DNA of 64,000 bases from Reclinomonas americana ATCC 50394 (taxonomy: Eukaryota), in assembly GCA_048213135.1 (NCBI GenBank), contig PS015217.1, forward strand, positions 84,802-148,801. Direction: 5' to 3'. This document shows positions 1 to 11,900 of the stretch, piece by piece. Each line of letters opens with the position of its first letter. The first letter of the stretch is position 1. Position numbers and translations under genes: made by a program. The notes below the pieces were generated by a model. It saw only the letters and a list, made by a program, of their open reading frames with translations, ran no database searches and had not been told where the DNA came from.

Positions 1-289
1 GGGAGGAGAAGGATCTGGAAGGAGGAAGTCTCTCTCTCTCTTTCTCTCTCTCTCTCACTCCGTCGCTCCAGGTCTCTCTCCCCCTCATTGTCTCAGACGT
101 CGTCTATTGTTTCATCCTTCCGTTTTCCACCTTCTGCCTTCCCCGTTCTCTCTTTCCCTCCCTCTCTCTCCCTCACTCTCTCCCTATCCCTCTTTATCTT
201 CTTGACTCTCTTCCCTTTCTGCTGTGAATAATTTCAGTCGATTGCCTCTCCTGCATCCCTTTCCCTCAACCCCACTTCCCCTCTCCCAG

Positions 290-3200
290 AGGAGTGCGAT
301 GAGCTCGACGCCAATGACGTGTGGGCCATTGTGACGTCGTACTTTGCCGGCAAGGGTCTCGTGCGCCAGCAGCTCGAGTCGTTCAATCAATTCGTGCGTT
401 TCGACATGGGCAAGCTGGTCAGCGAGGTGCAATTGCGCATCTCGATGACCGACCGGCCCGCCGACGCGGCACCCGACGACGAGAGCGAGGAGCCTGTGCG
501 GTCACACATTATGTTTGGCAAGCAGATCAAGGTCGCCTGGCCGTCGGTCCGCGAGGCCGACGGCACGCCGGGCACCGGTCATTTGCACCCGAACGAGGCG
601 CGCCTGCGCAACCTCACGTACGCCACTCGTGTGGAAATCGACATTGAGTTGGTGCAGGAGCTGGCCAGTGGGGCCAGCAAGCGGGAGACACAGCCGGCGT
701 CGCTCGGGCAGGTGAGAATGGAGGAGAGATGGGGAAGGGGAGGGAGAAGGAGAGGGGAGAAGGAGAGGGGAGGGGGGAAGGAGAAGTGGATGAAGAAGGG
801 AAGAGTTTAGGAGTGTGGTGTGTTATAAAGACGTGTTCTTTGTTACGATTGCTCGCTTCTGCTCTCGCTCTCGCTCAGTGTGTCGCTCTCGCTCTTGTCG
901 TTTTCTCGCTCTTGTCGCTCTCGCTCTGTATCGCTCTCTCGCTCTGTATCGCTCTCTCGCTCTGTATCGCTCTCTCGCTCTGTATCGCTCTCTCGCTCTG
1001 TATCGCTCTCTCGCTCTGTATCGCTCTCTCGCTCTGTATCGCTCTCNNNNNNNNNNNNNNNNNNNNGCTGTCACGCTCTCGCTCTGTGTCGTTCTCGCTG
1101 TCACGCTCTCGCTGTCACGCTCTCGCTCTGTGTCGTTCTCGCTCTGTGTCGTTCTCGCTCTGTGTCGTTCTCGCTCCGTATCGTTCTCGCTCTGTATCGT
1201 TCTCGCTCTGTGTCGCTCTCGCTCTGTGTCGCTCTCGCTCTGTGTCGCTCTCTCTCTCTCTCTCTCTCCCCATCTCTCCCTTCCTTCTCTCTCTCTCCCT
1301 TTCCCTTCAGTACCCTTCATTCCCCTTCCCTCACCCCCTTCCCCTCCCCCGCAGGTCCCTGTGATGGTCCACTCGGACTACTGCGTACTGAAGAGCTACG
1401 ACGAGCGGAGACTTGCCCGCGTGGGCGAGTGTGTGTTCGACCCCGGTGGTTATTTCATCGTCTCGGGCTCCGAAAAGGTGCTGATCGCGCAGGAGAACAT
1501 GGCGGCGAACCACGTGTACGTGTTTGCCTCCAAGTCCAATCCCAAGTACGCCTACACGTGCGAGCTGCGAAGCACCAAGGAGCTGGGTCGCATGGCTGGT
1601 ATGCCGCACTTTGTGCGCCTCGTGTCCAGCAAGCGATCAGTTGCGCCGACGATTGTCGTTACCCTTTCCCTCCTCTCCACACCCCTCTCATCATCCCTTC
1701 CTCCGTCTTGCAGAAAACCTCGGCCGGTCAGGAAATCACGGCGCAGGTGCCCTACATTCGTGTGGAGGACCTGCCGGTGGTCATCTTGTTCCGCGCCCTC
1801 GGCAACACGTCCGACAAGAGCATTCTCGAGCGCATTCTGTACGAGTTCAACGACTCTGAAATGATGGACATGCTGCAGCCGTCGCTGGATCGTGCCCTGG
1901 CCATTCAGACCACGGACGTGGCGCAGGATTACCTCGCCAAGCGTGCCGAGTTCGACTTCAAGACCAAGGCGGAGCGTATTGCGCACGTCAAGAACATCTT
2001 GCAGACCAAGCTCCTCCAGCATGTCGGCACGGAGCCGCATTTGGAGAACAAGAAGTCGTTCTTTATCGGCTACATGGTGCATCGACTGCTGCAGGGCGCC
2101 CTGCAGCGTCGCCAGCTCGACGATCGCGATCACTTGGCGAACAAGCGGCTCAACTTGGCCGGCCCTCTCATGGGTCAGCTGTTTTACCAGCTGCTGACGG
2201 TGTGTCTTCAATGCCAAGTTTTTTTCCCGCACGTAATCATTGCGCTGACCTTCTGTTCTGTCCACAGCGCGTGCAAAAGGACCTGACGATCAAGCTGCAG
2301 AAGCAGGTGGACAAGGGCCAGCCGTTGATGCCTGGCACCGCTTGCAACGACACCATCATCTCCAAGGGTCTCAAGTACTCGCTGGCCACGGGCAACTGGG
2401 GCGGTCAGGTGCGTTGTTTTTGCGTCTCTTTTTCTTGATTGAACTGCCACCCGTTGTTGTTGCTGACTCCTTCGTCTACTTGCAGGCTGGCTCCGCCGAG
2501 GTGAAGACCGGAGTGTCCCAGCTGCTGAATCGTCTCACCTTTGCCGCGTCCCTGTCGCACTTGCGTCGACTGACGACCAGTATGGACAAGTCCAGCAAGG
2601 CCGCCAAGCCGCGCCAGCTGCACAACACGCAGTGGGGAGTTGCGTGCGGCGAGGACAAGAAGTTCCATTCATATGCGTGCAGTGTGCTGAGGGTTTTGCT
2701 CGTTGTGTGCCAGATGGTGTGCCCTGCCGAAACACCCGAAGGCTCCTCTGTCGGTCTGGTGAAGAACATGGCACTCATGTCCACCATCAGGTGCGGTGGC
2801 GATTCACACCAATCTTGTGTGCGTTTGTGTGTGCTCACTTTTGTCCTCTCTTTTGATTCGTCGCAGTGTGAGCATTGAGGGCGCCACGGTGAAGAGCATT
2901 CTGTCGCAACTCGGTCTGCAAGAGTTCCAGGAAATCCGACCGTCCATGGTGGCCCGGACGGAGAAGGTGTTTGTCAATGGCGAGTGGGTCGGTGTCTTCC
3001 ACGACGCCAAGAGGTTTGTCCATGAGCATCTTTTCCCCAAGGATGCCGGAGGTTTCTCATGCGCGCGACAGTTTGGCGGACTCGCTGAGGCGAGTACGAC
3101 GAGGCATGCACCAGTCGGAGGGTCGGCAACACGACTACTCGCAAATCTCCATCTCGCACGACGTGCGTGAGAAGGAGCTGCGCATCTGGACGGATCAGGG

Positions 3201-5638
3201 TCGCATTCTGCGTCCGCTGCTGGTCGTGGACGACCAGACTCGCGAGCTGGTGGTCAAGCACTACCACGTGTACCCGATGCTCAAGAGCGATCAGCAGCAG
3301 GAGGGCGTGGACAATTGGAAGTGGTTGGTCAATCACTCGATGGTGGAGTACCTGGATGCCGAGGAGGAGGAGACGTGCATGATTGCCATGTTCCCGTCGG
3401 GTGAGCAAGGGGGGGAAAGAGGGGGAGGGGGGGGGGAGGGAAAGGGGAAAGGGGGAGGCAGGGGGGGAGAGGGAGGGAGAGGAGAGAGGAAAAGGGGGAG
3501 GGAGGATAGAAACTTGCATGTGTGCGCGTGTGTGTGTTTACTTGATAGTCCTTCTCTCTCTCTCTCTCGTTCTTTGCGCCTGACCGTTGTCTCCGCAGAC
3601 GTCAAAGAGGATCGCGACACGTTCAAGAAGGGCCTGCCCGCGGAGCAAGTGCAGTGCAAGAACTTTACGCATTGCGAAATCCACCCGTCCATGATTCTCG
3701 GCGTCGGTTGCACCATTATTCCGTTCCCCGATCACAACCAGAGTCCAAGAAACACGTACCAGGGCGCTATGGGTGAGTCGATCGCAGCGAGAATCCCCAA
3801 CTCGCAGTGCGACTCACTCTTCATCCCGCTGCACACACACACACACAGGCAAACAAGCTCTTGGCGTGTACGCCACCAATTACCACTTGCGCATGGACAC
3901 GACGGCACACGTGCTGTACTATCCGCAAAAACCACTGGTGCGTTCGCATGCGCTGCGCTACCTCAAGTTCCGCGATTTGCCGGCCGGCATGAATGCGGTG
4001 GTGGCCATTGCGACGTACACCGGGTACAACCAGGAAGATTCGCTCATTCTCAACCAAGGTGCCATTGATCGCGGTTTCTTCCGCACGGTCTACTACCGTG
4101 GCTACATGGAGCAGGAGAAGCGACGTGGCAGTGCGCAGGAGAGGATTTGCAAGCCGCACAATGAGAGGACCAAGGGCAAGCGCAAGTCGGCGACCTACGA
4201 GAAGCTGGATGTGGACGGTGTTATTAGGGTGAGTGGGGACAAGGGGGAAGGGACGGGGAGGGGAAAGGGAGAAGAGGAGAAGGGGGAAGGGGGAAAAGGA
4301 GAAGAAGAAGGGGGAAGAGCGAAGGGTGGAAATATGGAACAGAGGAGTGTCGGAATTGAAGAAGAAGTGGCCGAGTGGGAAAGAAACGAAAGACAAAGAG
4401 GGAAATTAAGAGGAGGGCTGGGGAAGAGTGGACCGTATATCTAGGACGGAAACGATGATGGTGGTACGAGAGAAGCTCTGGGTTGTGTGGTAACGTCGAG
4501 TTTGTTGTAGTTGTAGTTCTCTCTCTCTCTCTATGTGTATGCGTGTGTTAGTCACGTTGACATGTCAGTCTGTTGCATATTCTTTCGTGAGGCGTTGAAT
4601 GTGCGTTGGAGTACTGAGGTGGGGTGCTCTTTGTCTTGCTTCCTGCTTGTCGCTCCCTGCTCGTCGCTTCCTGCTCATCGCTTCCTGCTCGTCGCTCTCT
4701 GCTCGTCGCTCCCTGCTCATCGCTTCCTGCTCGTCGCTCTCTGCTTGTCGCTCTCTGCTTGTCGCTCTCTGCTTGTCGCTCTCTGCTTGTCGCTCTCTGC
4801 TTGTCGCTCTCTGCTTGTCGCTCCCTGCTTGTCGCTCCCTGCTTGTCGCTCCCTGCTTGTCGCTCCTGCTTGTCGCTCCCTGCTTGTCGCTCCTGCTTGT
4901 CGCTCCCGTGCGTTGTCGCTCCTGCTTGCTCTCCTGCTCGTCGCTCTGCTGTCGCTCTGTCATCTCGTTCTGCTCCGTCCTCCTGCCTCGGTCGCTCCTG
5001 CTTGTCGCTCCTGCTNNNNNNNNNNNNNNNNNNNNNNNNNNNNNNNNNNNNNNNNNNNNNNNNNNNNNNNNNNNNNNNNNNNNNNNNNNNNNNNNNNNNN
5101 NNNNNNNNNNNNNNNNNNNNNNNNNNNNNNNNNNNNNNNNNNNNNNNNNNNNNNNNNNNNNNNNNNNNNNNNNNNNNNNNNNNNNNNNNNNNNNNNNNNN
5201 NNNNNNNNNNNNNNNNNNNNNNNNNNNNNNNNNNNNNNNNNNNNNNNNNNNNNNNNNNNNNNNNNNNNNNNNNNNNNNNNNNNNNNNNNNNNNNNNNNNN
5301 NNNNNNNNNNNNNNNNNNNNNNNNNNNNNNNNNNNNNNNNNNNNNNNNNNNNNNNNNNNNNNNNNNNNNNNNNNNNNNNNNNNNNNNNNNNNNNNNNNNN
5401 NNNNNNNNNNNNNNNNNNNNNNNNNNNNNNNNNNNNNNNNNNNNNNNNNNNNNNNNNNNNNNNNNNNNNNNNNNNNNNNNNNNNNNNNNNNNNNNNNNNN
5501 NNNNNNNNNNNNNNNNNNNNNNNNNNNNNNNNNNNCTCTCTGCTTGTCGCTCCCTCGTATGTCTCTTCCTGCCCGTCGCTCTCCACTCCCTGCTCGTCGC
5601 TCCACTCTGTGCTCTCTATCACCTCCCTTCCTCTCATT

Positions 5639-5672
<34 letters not shown>

Positions 5673-6320
5673 TCACTCACCACCCTTCCCTTTGTTCCTC
5701 TCTTTCTCATTGTCCCGCCTCCCCTCCCCGCAGCCCGGCACCCGCGTCTCCGGCGACGACATTATCGTCGGCAAGACCGCGCCAATCTCACTGGCCGAGG
5801 AGGAGGCCGTGATTGCATCGGCGAGCAGCGCCATTGGCCGCGTGCAGCGCTACGACAGCCGCGATGTGTCGCTGCAGTTGAAGGAGACGGAGAATGGCGT
5901 GGTGGATCGCGTCATGATCTCGACCAGCGACACGGGCGACAAGATTGTGCGTGTGCGCATGCGCAACGTGCGCATTCCGGAGATTGGTGACAAGTTCTCG
6001 TCGCGTCACGGACAAAAGGGCACTTGTGGTATCACGTACCGTCCCGAGGTTTTGTTTTCTCACGCTTCCTGCGTCCATTTTTTTTTTGTACCGCGTGAAC
6101 TTATCATCATCCTTGGGCGCAGGACTTGCCATTCACTTGTGATGGCATTAATCCGGAGATTGTCGTGAATCCGCACGCCATTCCGTCGCGTATGACCATT
6201 GGTCAGCTGATTGAGTGCCTCATGGGCAAGCTCAGCTCTCTGCAAGGCACAGAGGGCGACGCCACTCCCTTCCAGAAGACGGTGGATGTGGTGGACATTA
6301 GCCGGAAGGTTCACATGGCC
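290..6320 (+). CDS. RPB2: RNA polymerase II second-largest subunit (5' end upstream, 3' end lost in N-gap)
   Basis: Exons 290-711, 1355-1639, 1714-2199, 2268-2408, 2486-2638, 2714-2790, 2867-3013, 3072-3400, 3599-3772, 3849-4228, 5734-6048, 6123-6320 splice in frame via GT-AG. Motifs: [121 protein letters not shown]. Confidence 0.97.
907..1250. repeat. Intronic 18-bp minisatellite (TCGCTCTGTATCGCTCTC and variants)
   Basis: Direct tandem copies in RPB2 intron 712-1354, interrupted by a 20-N gap. Confidence 0.9.
4643..5015. repeat. Intronic ~14-bp minisatellite (CTGCTTGTCGCTC[T/C])
   Basis: Tandem copies in RPB2 intron 4229-5733 running into an N-gap. Confidence 0.9.
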
Positions 6321-6864
6321 NNNNNNNNNNNNNNNNNNNNNNNNNNNNNNNNNNNNNNNNNNNNNNNNNNNNNNNNNNNNNNNNNNNNNNNNNNNNNNNN
6401 NNNNNNNNNNNNNNNNNNNNNNNNNNNNNNNNNNNNNNNNNNNNNNNNNNNNNNNNNNNNNNNNNNNNNNNNNNNNNNNNNNNNNNNNNNNNNNNNNNNN
6501 NNNNNNNNNNNNNNNNNNNNNNNNNNNNNNNNNNNNNNNNNNNNNNNNNNNNNNNNNNNNNNNNNNNNNNNNNNNNNNNNNNNNNNNNNNNNNNNNNNNN
6601 NNNNNNNNNNNNNNNNNNNNNNNNNNNNGGGAGAGAAGGGAGAGAAGGGAGAGAAGGGAGAGAAGGGAGAGAAGGGAGAGAAGGGAGAGAAAGGCATGGA
6701 GGGAACGAAGGGAACGGAGAGAAAGAAGGGAAAGAAGGGAAAGAAGTGAAAGAAGGGAAAGAAAGCAAGAAGGACAAGAAGTGAACGAAAGGAAGAGGGA
6801 AAAGATGGGGATGGAAAAGTGAGATGCAGGCAAAAAACGGAGGAGAGGTTGTATGGGGCGCAAC

Positions 6865-7686
6865 TTGCGATGGCGTTGTCGGCTGCGACGACGAGCTCGA
6901 CAAGTCACCATCCGAGTCGTACGACATGGAGCTGGAGGGACCAGCGGCAGCAGCTGACGCAGGAAGGGAATTTTAGCGGTGGAGAATTAGGGGAATGACA
7001 ACATCAGTCGGGCACAAACCGAGCGAGTATGATGATGGAGGAGGACGCGCGCTGGCCGACATGCCACCGGCATCTAACACACAAATGTAAGCGAAAAAAC
7101 AAACGACAACTTCGGTTTGCAGCAAGACACACTGTACCTCCGACACGATGCACACGGCGCATGACATCTTCGCGCTGGCGAGGAATCGACAGTCCTTCGG
7201 GAACATTCGGCGGGCGCGCCAGCAGCGTCGCGTAGGTGCCGTACAGGCGCGTGCACAGAGTGAGTGCAAATCGCGCATTGTTGGTGAACTGGGATGCAAC
7301 TGGTAAGCATCACGCGTCAAAGACAACAACTCAAAATGGACAGACGCGTACCGCATCAAAGGACGCATCGGGCGCCACTTGCTGGCCAAGACGGCTCTTG
7401 GCGGCGTCCAGCTTGCGCACCTCCATCAGATACTGCGTGCAGTCGTATGCGTTCAAGCGCTCTTGCTGGCCGAACGAGTGCACCAGGAAGCAGCTGTGAA
7501 GGGGAGGGCGAAAGGGGAGTGTGAGGAAAGGGGAAGGGGAAGGGGCGAGGGAGGAAGAGAGGGAGGGAGAAAGGGAGGGAGGTGAAGGTGAATGGGAGGG
7601 CAGAGGAAGGAAGGAGGGAGAGAAATATACGCAGAGAGAGAATGAGAGAGAGGGAGAAAGAGAAAGAGAAAGAGAGAGAAAGAAAG

Positions 7687-7722
<36 letters not shown>

Positions 7723-8855
7723 AGTAGAGAGTAGTANNNNNNNNNNNNNNNNNNNNNNNNNNNNNNNNNNNNNNNNNNNNNNNNNNNNNNNNNNNNNNNN
7801 NNNNNNNNNNNNNNNNNNNNNNNNNNNNNNNNNNNNNNNNNNNNNNNNNNNNNNNNNNNNNNNNNNNNNNNNNNNNNNNNNNNNNNNNNNNNNNNNNNNN
7901 NNNNNNNNNNNNNNNNNNNNNNNNNNNNNNNNNNNNNNNNNNNNNNNNNNNNNNNNNNNNNNNNNNNNNNAGAGAGAGATTGAGATGGAGATTGAGCTCG
8001 TAAGAATGAGAGCGCGAGTGGAGGGGGAACGAGGGAGAAGTGACGCGAGGGAAGAGAGAGGAAGAGAGCGAGAGATAAACACAGACACACCAAAGGGAAC
8101 GCACGGCAGATAACAGACGCAGTGACTGAGACACTGACACACCCGATAAGAGCAGAGACAGCCACAGAAGACAAGGAAGAGATCGACGCAAGCACAGCGA
8201 GAGGACGTGGAAGAGCAGGAGTGAGCGAAAAAGAGAATACGAGACATAAAACACAGCGTGCCAACATCTGCAAACGCACCCAGCCCACAGGAATCCATCG
8301 CCAAATGAGTGAATCGGCGTGGTAATGCTTCCGGGCTCGGCTTGGCGATCGGGAGCGTTGACGCAGAAGATCTGCAGCGCGATGAGCGGATGCCTCGACA
8401 AAGAGACAGAAGCACACGAGATGTTACGCAACAAACATCAAGAAACTCCACAGACGGTAAAACGCCTGCGGTGAATCAATGGCCACAATACGGTCGGGGG
8501 CGTTGATGCCGCCCCAGTGCGTTGCCACCTCTCGCACCGTCATCTGCAGGCGCTGCAGGGCGGCTTGGGCGGCGGACGAGTCGCCGCGGGGAAGGTACAG
8601 GTTCACTGCGGGTGAGAGAAGGGGGATGAGAGAGGGAGAGGAAGGGGGGTGAGAGAGGGAGAATGCAGGTAAGGGAAATACAGGACGGGGAGAAGAAGAG
8701 AGAAAGCGAAGGGAGAGGGCGGGAGAGAATATAGCACAGGAACAAGAGAAGAGAATAAAGGAGGCAGAAGGAGAGGAGGGGAGAAGAGAGAGGGAGTGGG
8801 GCAGGGGTGGGAATGGGAATGGGAGAGCAAGAGAGAGAGAGAGAGAGAGAGAGAG

Positions 8856-8922
<67 letters not shown>

Positions 8923-11900
8923 TAGACGTACGTACCGTACCGACCGTCGTTCGTTGTAGTAAGTAAGTAGTCGTACTACGTACGTACTTACTTCCTCCGT
9001 TCCCGTCCCGTACCTANNNNNNNNNNNNNNNNNNNNNNNNNNNNNNNNNNNNNNNNNNNNNNNNNNNNNNNNNNNNNNNNNNNNNNNNNNNNNNNNNNNN
9101 NNNNNNNNNNNNNNNNNNNNNNNNNNNNNNNNNNNNNNNNNNNNNNNNNNNNNNNNNNNNNNNNNNNNNNNNNNNNNNNNNNNNNNNNNNNNNNNNNNNN
9201 NNNNNNNNNNNNNNNNNNNNNNNNNNNNNNNNNNNNNNNNNNNNNNNNNNNNNNNNNNNNNNNNNNNNNNNNNNNNNNNNNNNNNNNNNNNNNNNNNNNN
9301 NNNNNNNNNNNNNNNNNNNNNNNNNNNNNNNNNNNNNNNNNNNNNNNNNNNNNNNNNNNNNNNNNNNNNNNNNNNNNNNNNNNNNNNNNNNNNNNNNNNN
9401 NNNNNNNNNNNNNNNNNNNAAAGAGAAGAAAGAAGGGAGAAGGGACAAAGAGAGGGAAGATGAAACGGAGATAAGGGTAAGAAGGAGAAAGGAACGAAGA
9501 ACGAAAGGGAAAGGGAGAGAGAGAGCGAAAAAAGAGAAAGTGAGAAAGAATGAAAGGAAAGAAAAACAAGAAACCTACGACTCTGGCGAACGACAAAGGA
9601 GGACACGCGAATGCAGCAAAGAGAGAAAGAGAGAGAGAGAGAGCGAGAGAGCGAGCGAGAGAAGGGATATTGAGAAAAATAGAAAACTTACTGAACGAGA
9701 CTGACAGTCAGATACGTTGCAGAAAGAGAGTCGCACCTGCCGCAGCAAAAGTGGCGACCGGCAACTTGACCGAAGCCGGCAGACCGCCCTTGAGCTCGGC
9801 AATAAACGGACCCATGCTGCTCGCCATCTGCAAGCGAGAAAAACAATGATTATCGATTCTCACTCTATCTCCCATTGACATGCAGGCGTACCGTCTGCGA
9901 CACGTAGTTTGTGGTGTCGTTGAGGACCAGCGCAAAGGTCGACGGCTTCATGATGCGAATCAGTGACACCATGTGCTCGTAGCCAAAGTACGTCGAGCGC
10001 TGCTGGATGATGCTGCTGAAGGCGTCCTTGAAGGCCTGTGCTCGAACAGTGTGAGTGTGAATGAACACCGCAGCCTTCTGTCTCCCTCTCTCCCTCTCTC
10101 ACCTTGGTGCCATACATGTACATGGACCGCAGGCGCTGCACACGAGAGCGCTTGTAGTCGGCGTTGGTCGAGGTGCGCACAAAGCGCTGCGTGTCGGTGT
10201 TGTAGGCGAAGCACGGGAAGATGTCTTGCACCAGCTCAAAGTACACCTGATCGAACAAGGCAAAGAGTCAACTTTCAAGCACGCATCGCACTCGTCAACT
10301 TCCTGCACTGGAACGCAACATGGCGGGAGATGCGCGTGTCAAACGCCACCAGCGACACGCCCTCATTGGCCTCGCTCATAATGTCCTCCCACGGATCCAT
10401 GGTCGGCAGCTCCTCTCGCAGCGCAGCGTGCGTCAGTCGCAGAGTGGTCAGCAGCGATTCAAATTCCTGTACAGACAAAGTGAGGGATACATCACACACA
10501 CACACACACACACACGACTGCAAAGCTGTGTGCAACGCACGTGGATCTGGCACAAATCGCGAGCCTCAAAGAGCGTAATGAGCTCGTCGAGGTTGTTGCG
10601 GATTTCGTAGTTGAGGCGCTGCGTGAGCAGGGCGTGCAGGTCGACGGTTCGGCCCAGCAGCTGCGCGTGTCGCTGGCACATGAGGATACCGTAGCGGCTG
10701 CGCGGCGGCAGGAGGCGCGTCGGGCGCATCTTGCCCTTCTTGATCTGCTCACGGGCGCGCAGGCGTGCTTCCTCGATGCCCAGCAGGCGGTAGTATTTGT
10801 CGAGTAGGATGCTGCGAGGAGAAGGGGATGCGAGGGGAAGGGATGATGGGATTTGCGAGAGAAGAATGAGATGCGAGGGAAGGGAGACCGATACGACACG
10901 CCCCGCACATCGAAGGCCAAGCCAGAACAAGCTCTTCCCAAAAATGCACACTCACCTCGCCGCATGAATCTTGGCATTGGTGAGCACCTGCTCCGTGAGA
11001 CGGAAAATGAACTGCTCAAACACCAGGTTGAACTCGGCCTCGATTTCGTCAAACAGGAAGCGACGCTTCAGCGAGTGGAGTGCGCGAGAGGCGGCATCGT
11101 TGTAGACGTCGAACAGATACAACATGGACTCCATGCCTGCAGCATCGCGGCGATCCAACACCGTGCGGCCGAGGACCCACGGCGGCGACATGTCAATGGG
11201 GAACTAGTGCACCGAGGGGTCAGACAGGCGCGGACTCTGGGGTCTCTATCTCGCTCTATTTCGTTCACCTGAATCACTTTGGCCACCTCCAAAAAGAACT
11301 CGCGGTACCACATCTCGGCCAGATCGCCAATCTCACGAACCGTGCCTGTCACGAGTGGGAAGGGAGTGAGAGAACGAACGTGTGAAGATGACGGCAGAGT
11401 CCTCTCCGTCGCAACTGTCAAACGCCAGCAGGTAGGGGAAGTAGCGGCTCTTGTCGTAGTACTCCGACATCTCCTCCACGAACTTGGACTTCCAGTCGTT
11501 GGACGAGAAAATGCCACTCTTGCGCTGGCCCGGATTGCGGTCGGTGAAGAGCGTGCTCAGCAGCGCGCGGATGAGGAACAGCTGCGAAAGTGGGCAATGG
11601 GGGGAATCGTGAGAAGATTGAGGAGAGGGGGGAAAGGGAGAGGGAGAGAGGGGGAAGGGGAAGGGAGGGAGNNNNNNNNNNNNNNNNNNNNNNNNNNNNN
11701 NNNNNNNNNNNNNNNNNNNNNNNNNNNNNNNNNNNNNNNNNNNNNNNNNNNNNNNNNNNNNNNNNNNNNNNNNNNNNNNNNNNNNNNNNNNNNNNNNNNN
11801 NNNNNNNNNNNNNNNNNNNNNNNNNNNNNNNNNNNNNNNNNNNNNNNNNNNNNNNNNNNNNNNNNNNNNNNNNNNNNNNNNNNNNNNNNNNNNNNNNNNN

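Noticed and set aside
1640-1713. Shifted donors as U12-type or TT-AG introns
   Set aside because: No RTATCCT donor is present, and cutting one base later breaks the frame where the next exon starts with A (1714, 2714).
4535-6168. Long ORF-track entries rich in X, SL or ER
   Set aside because: Artefacts of N-gaps and CT/GA repeats lacking stop codons; the same applies throughout the window.
6321-6628. RPB2 appears truncated (about 150 C-terminal aa missing)
   Set aside because: The ORF runs open into an N-gap that must also hold the CYFIP end; the gap is probably underestimated, so this is not evidence of a pseudogene.
8900-9016. Odd GTAC/ACGT-periodic sequence next to gaps (also ~15140-15240, ~15841-15910, ~32090-32400)
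   Set aside because: Found only at contig ends after microsatellites; looks like low-quality pyrosequencing-type read tails.
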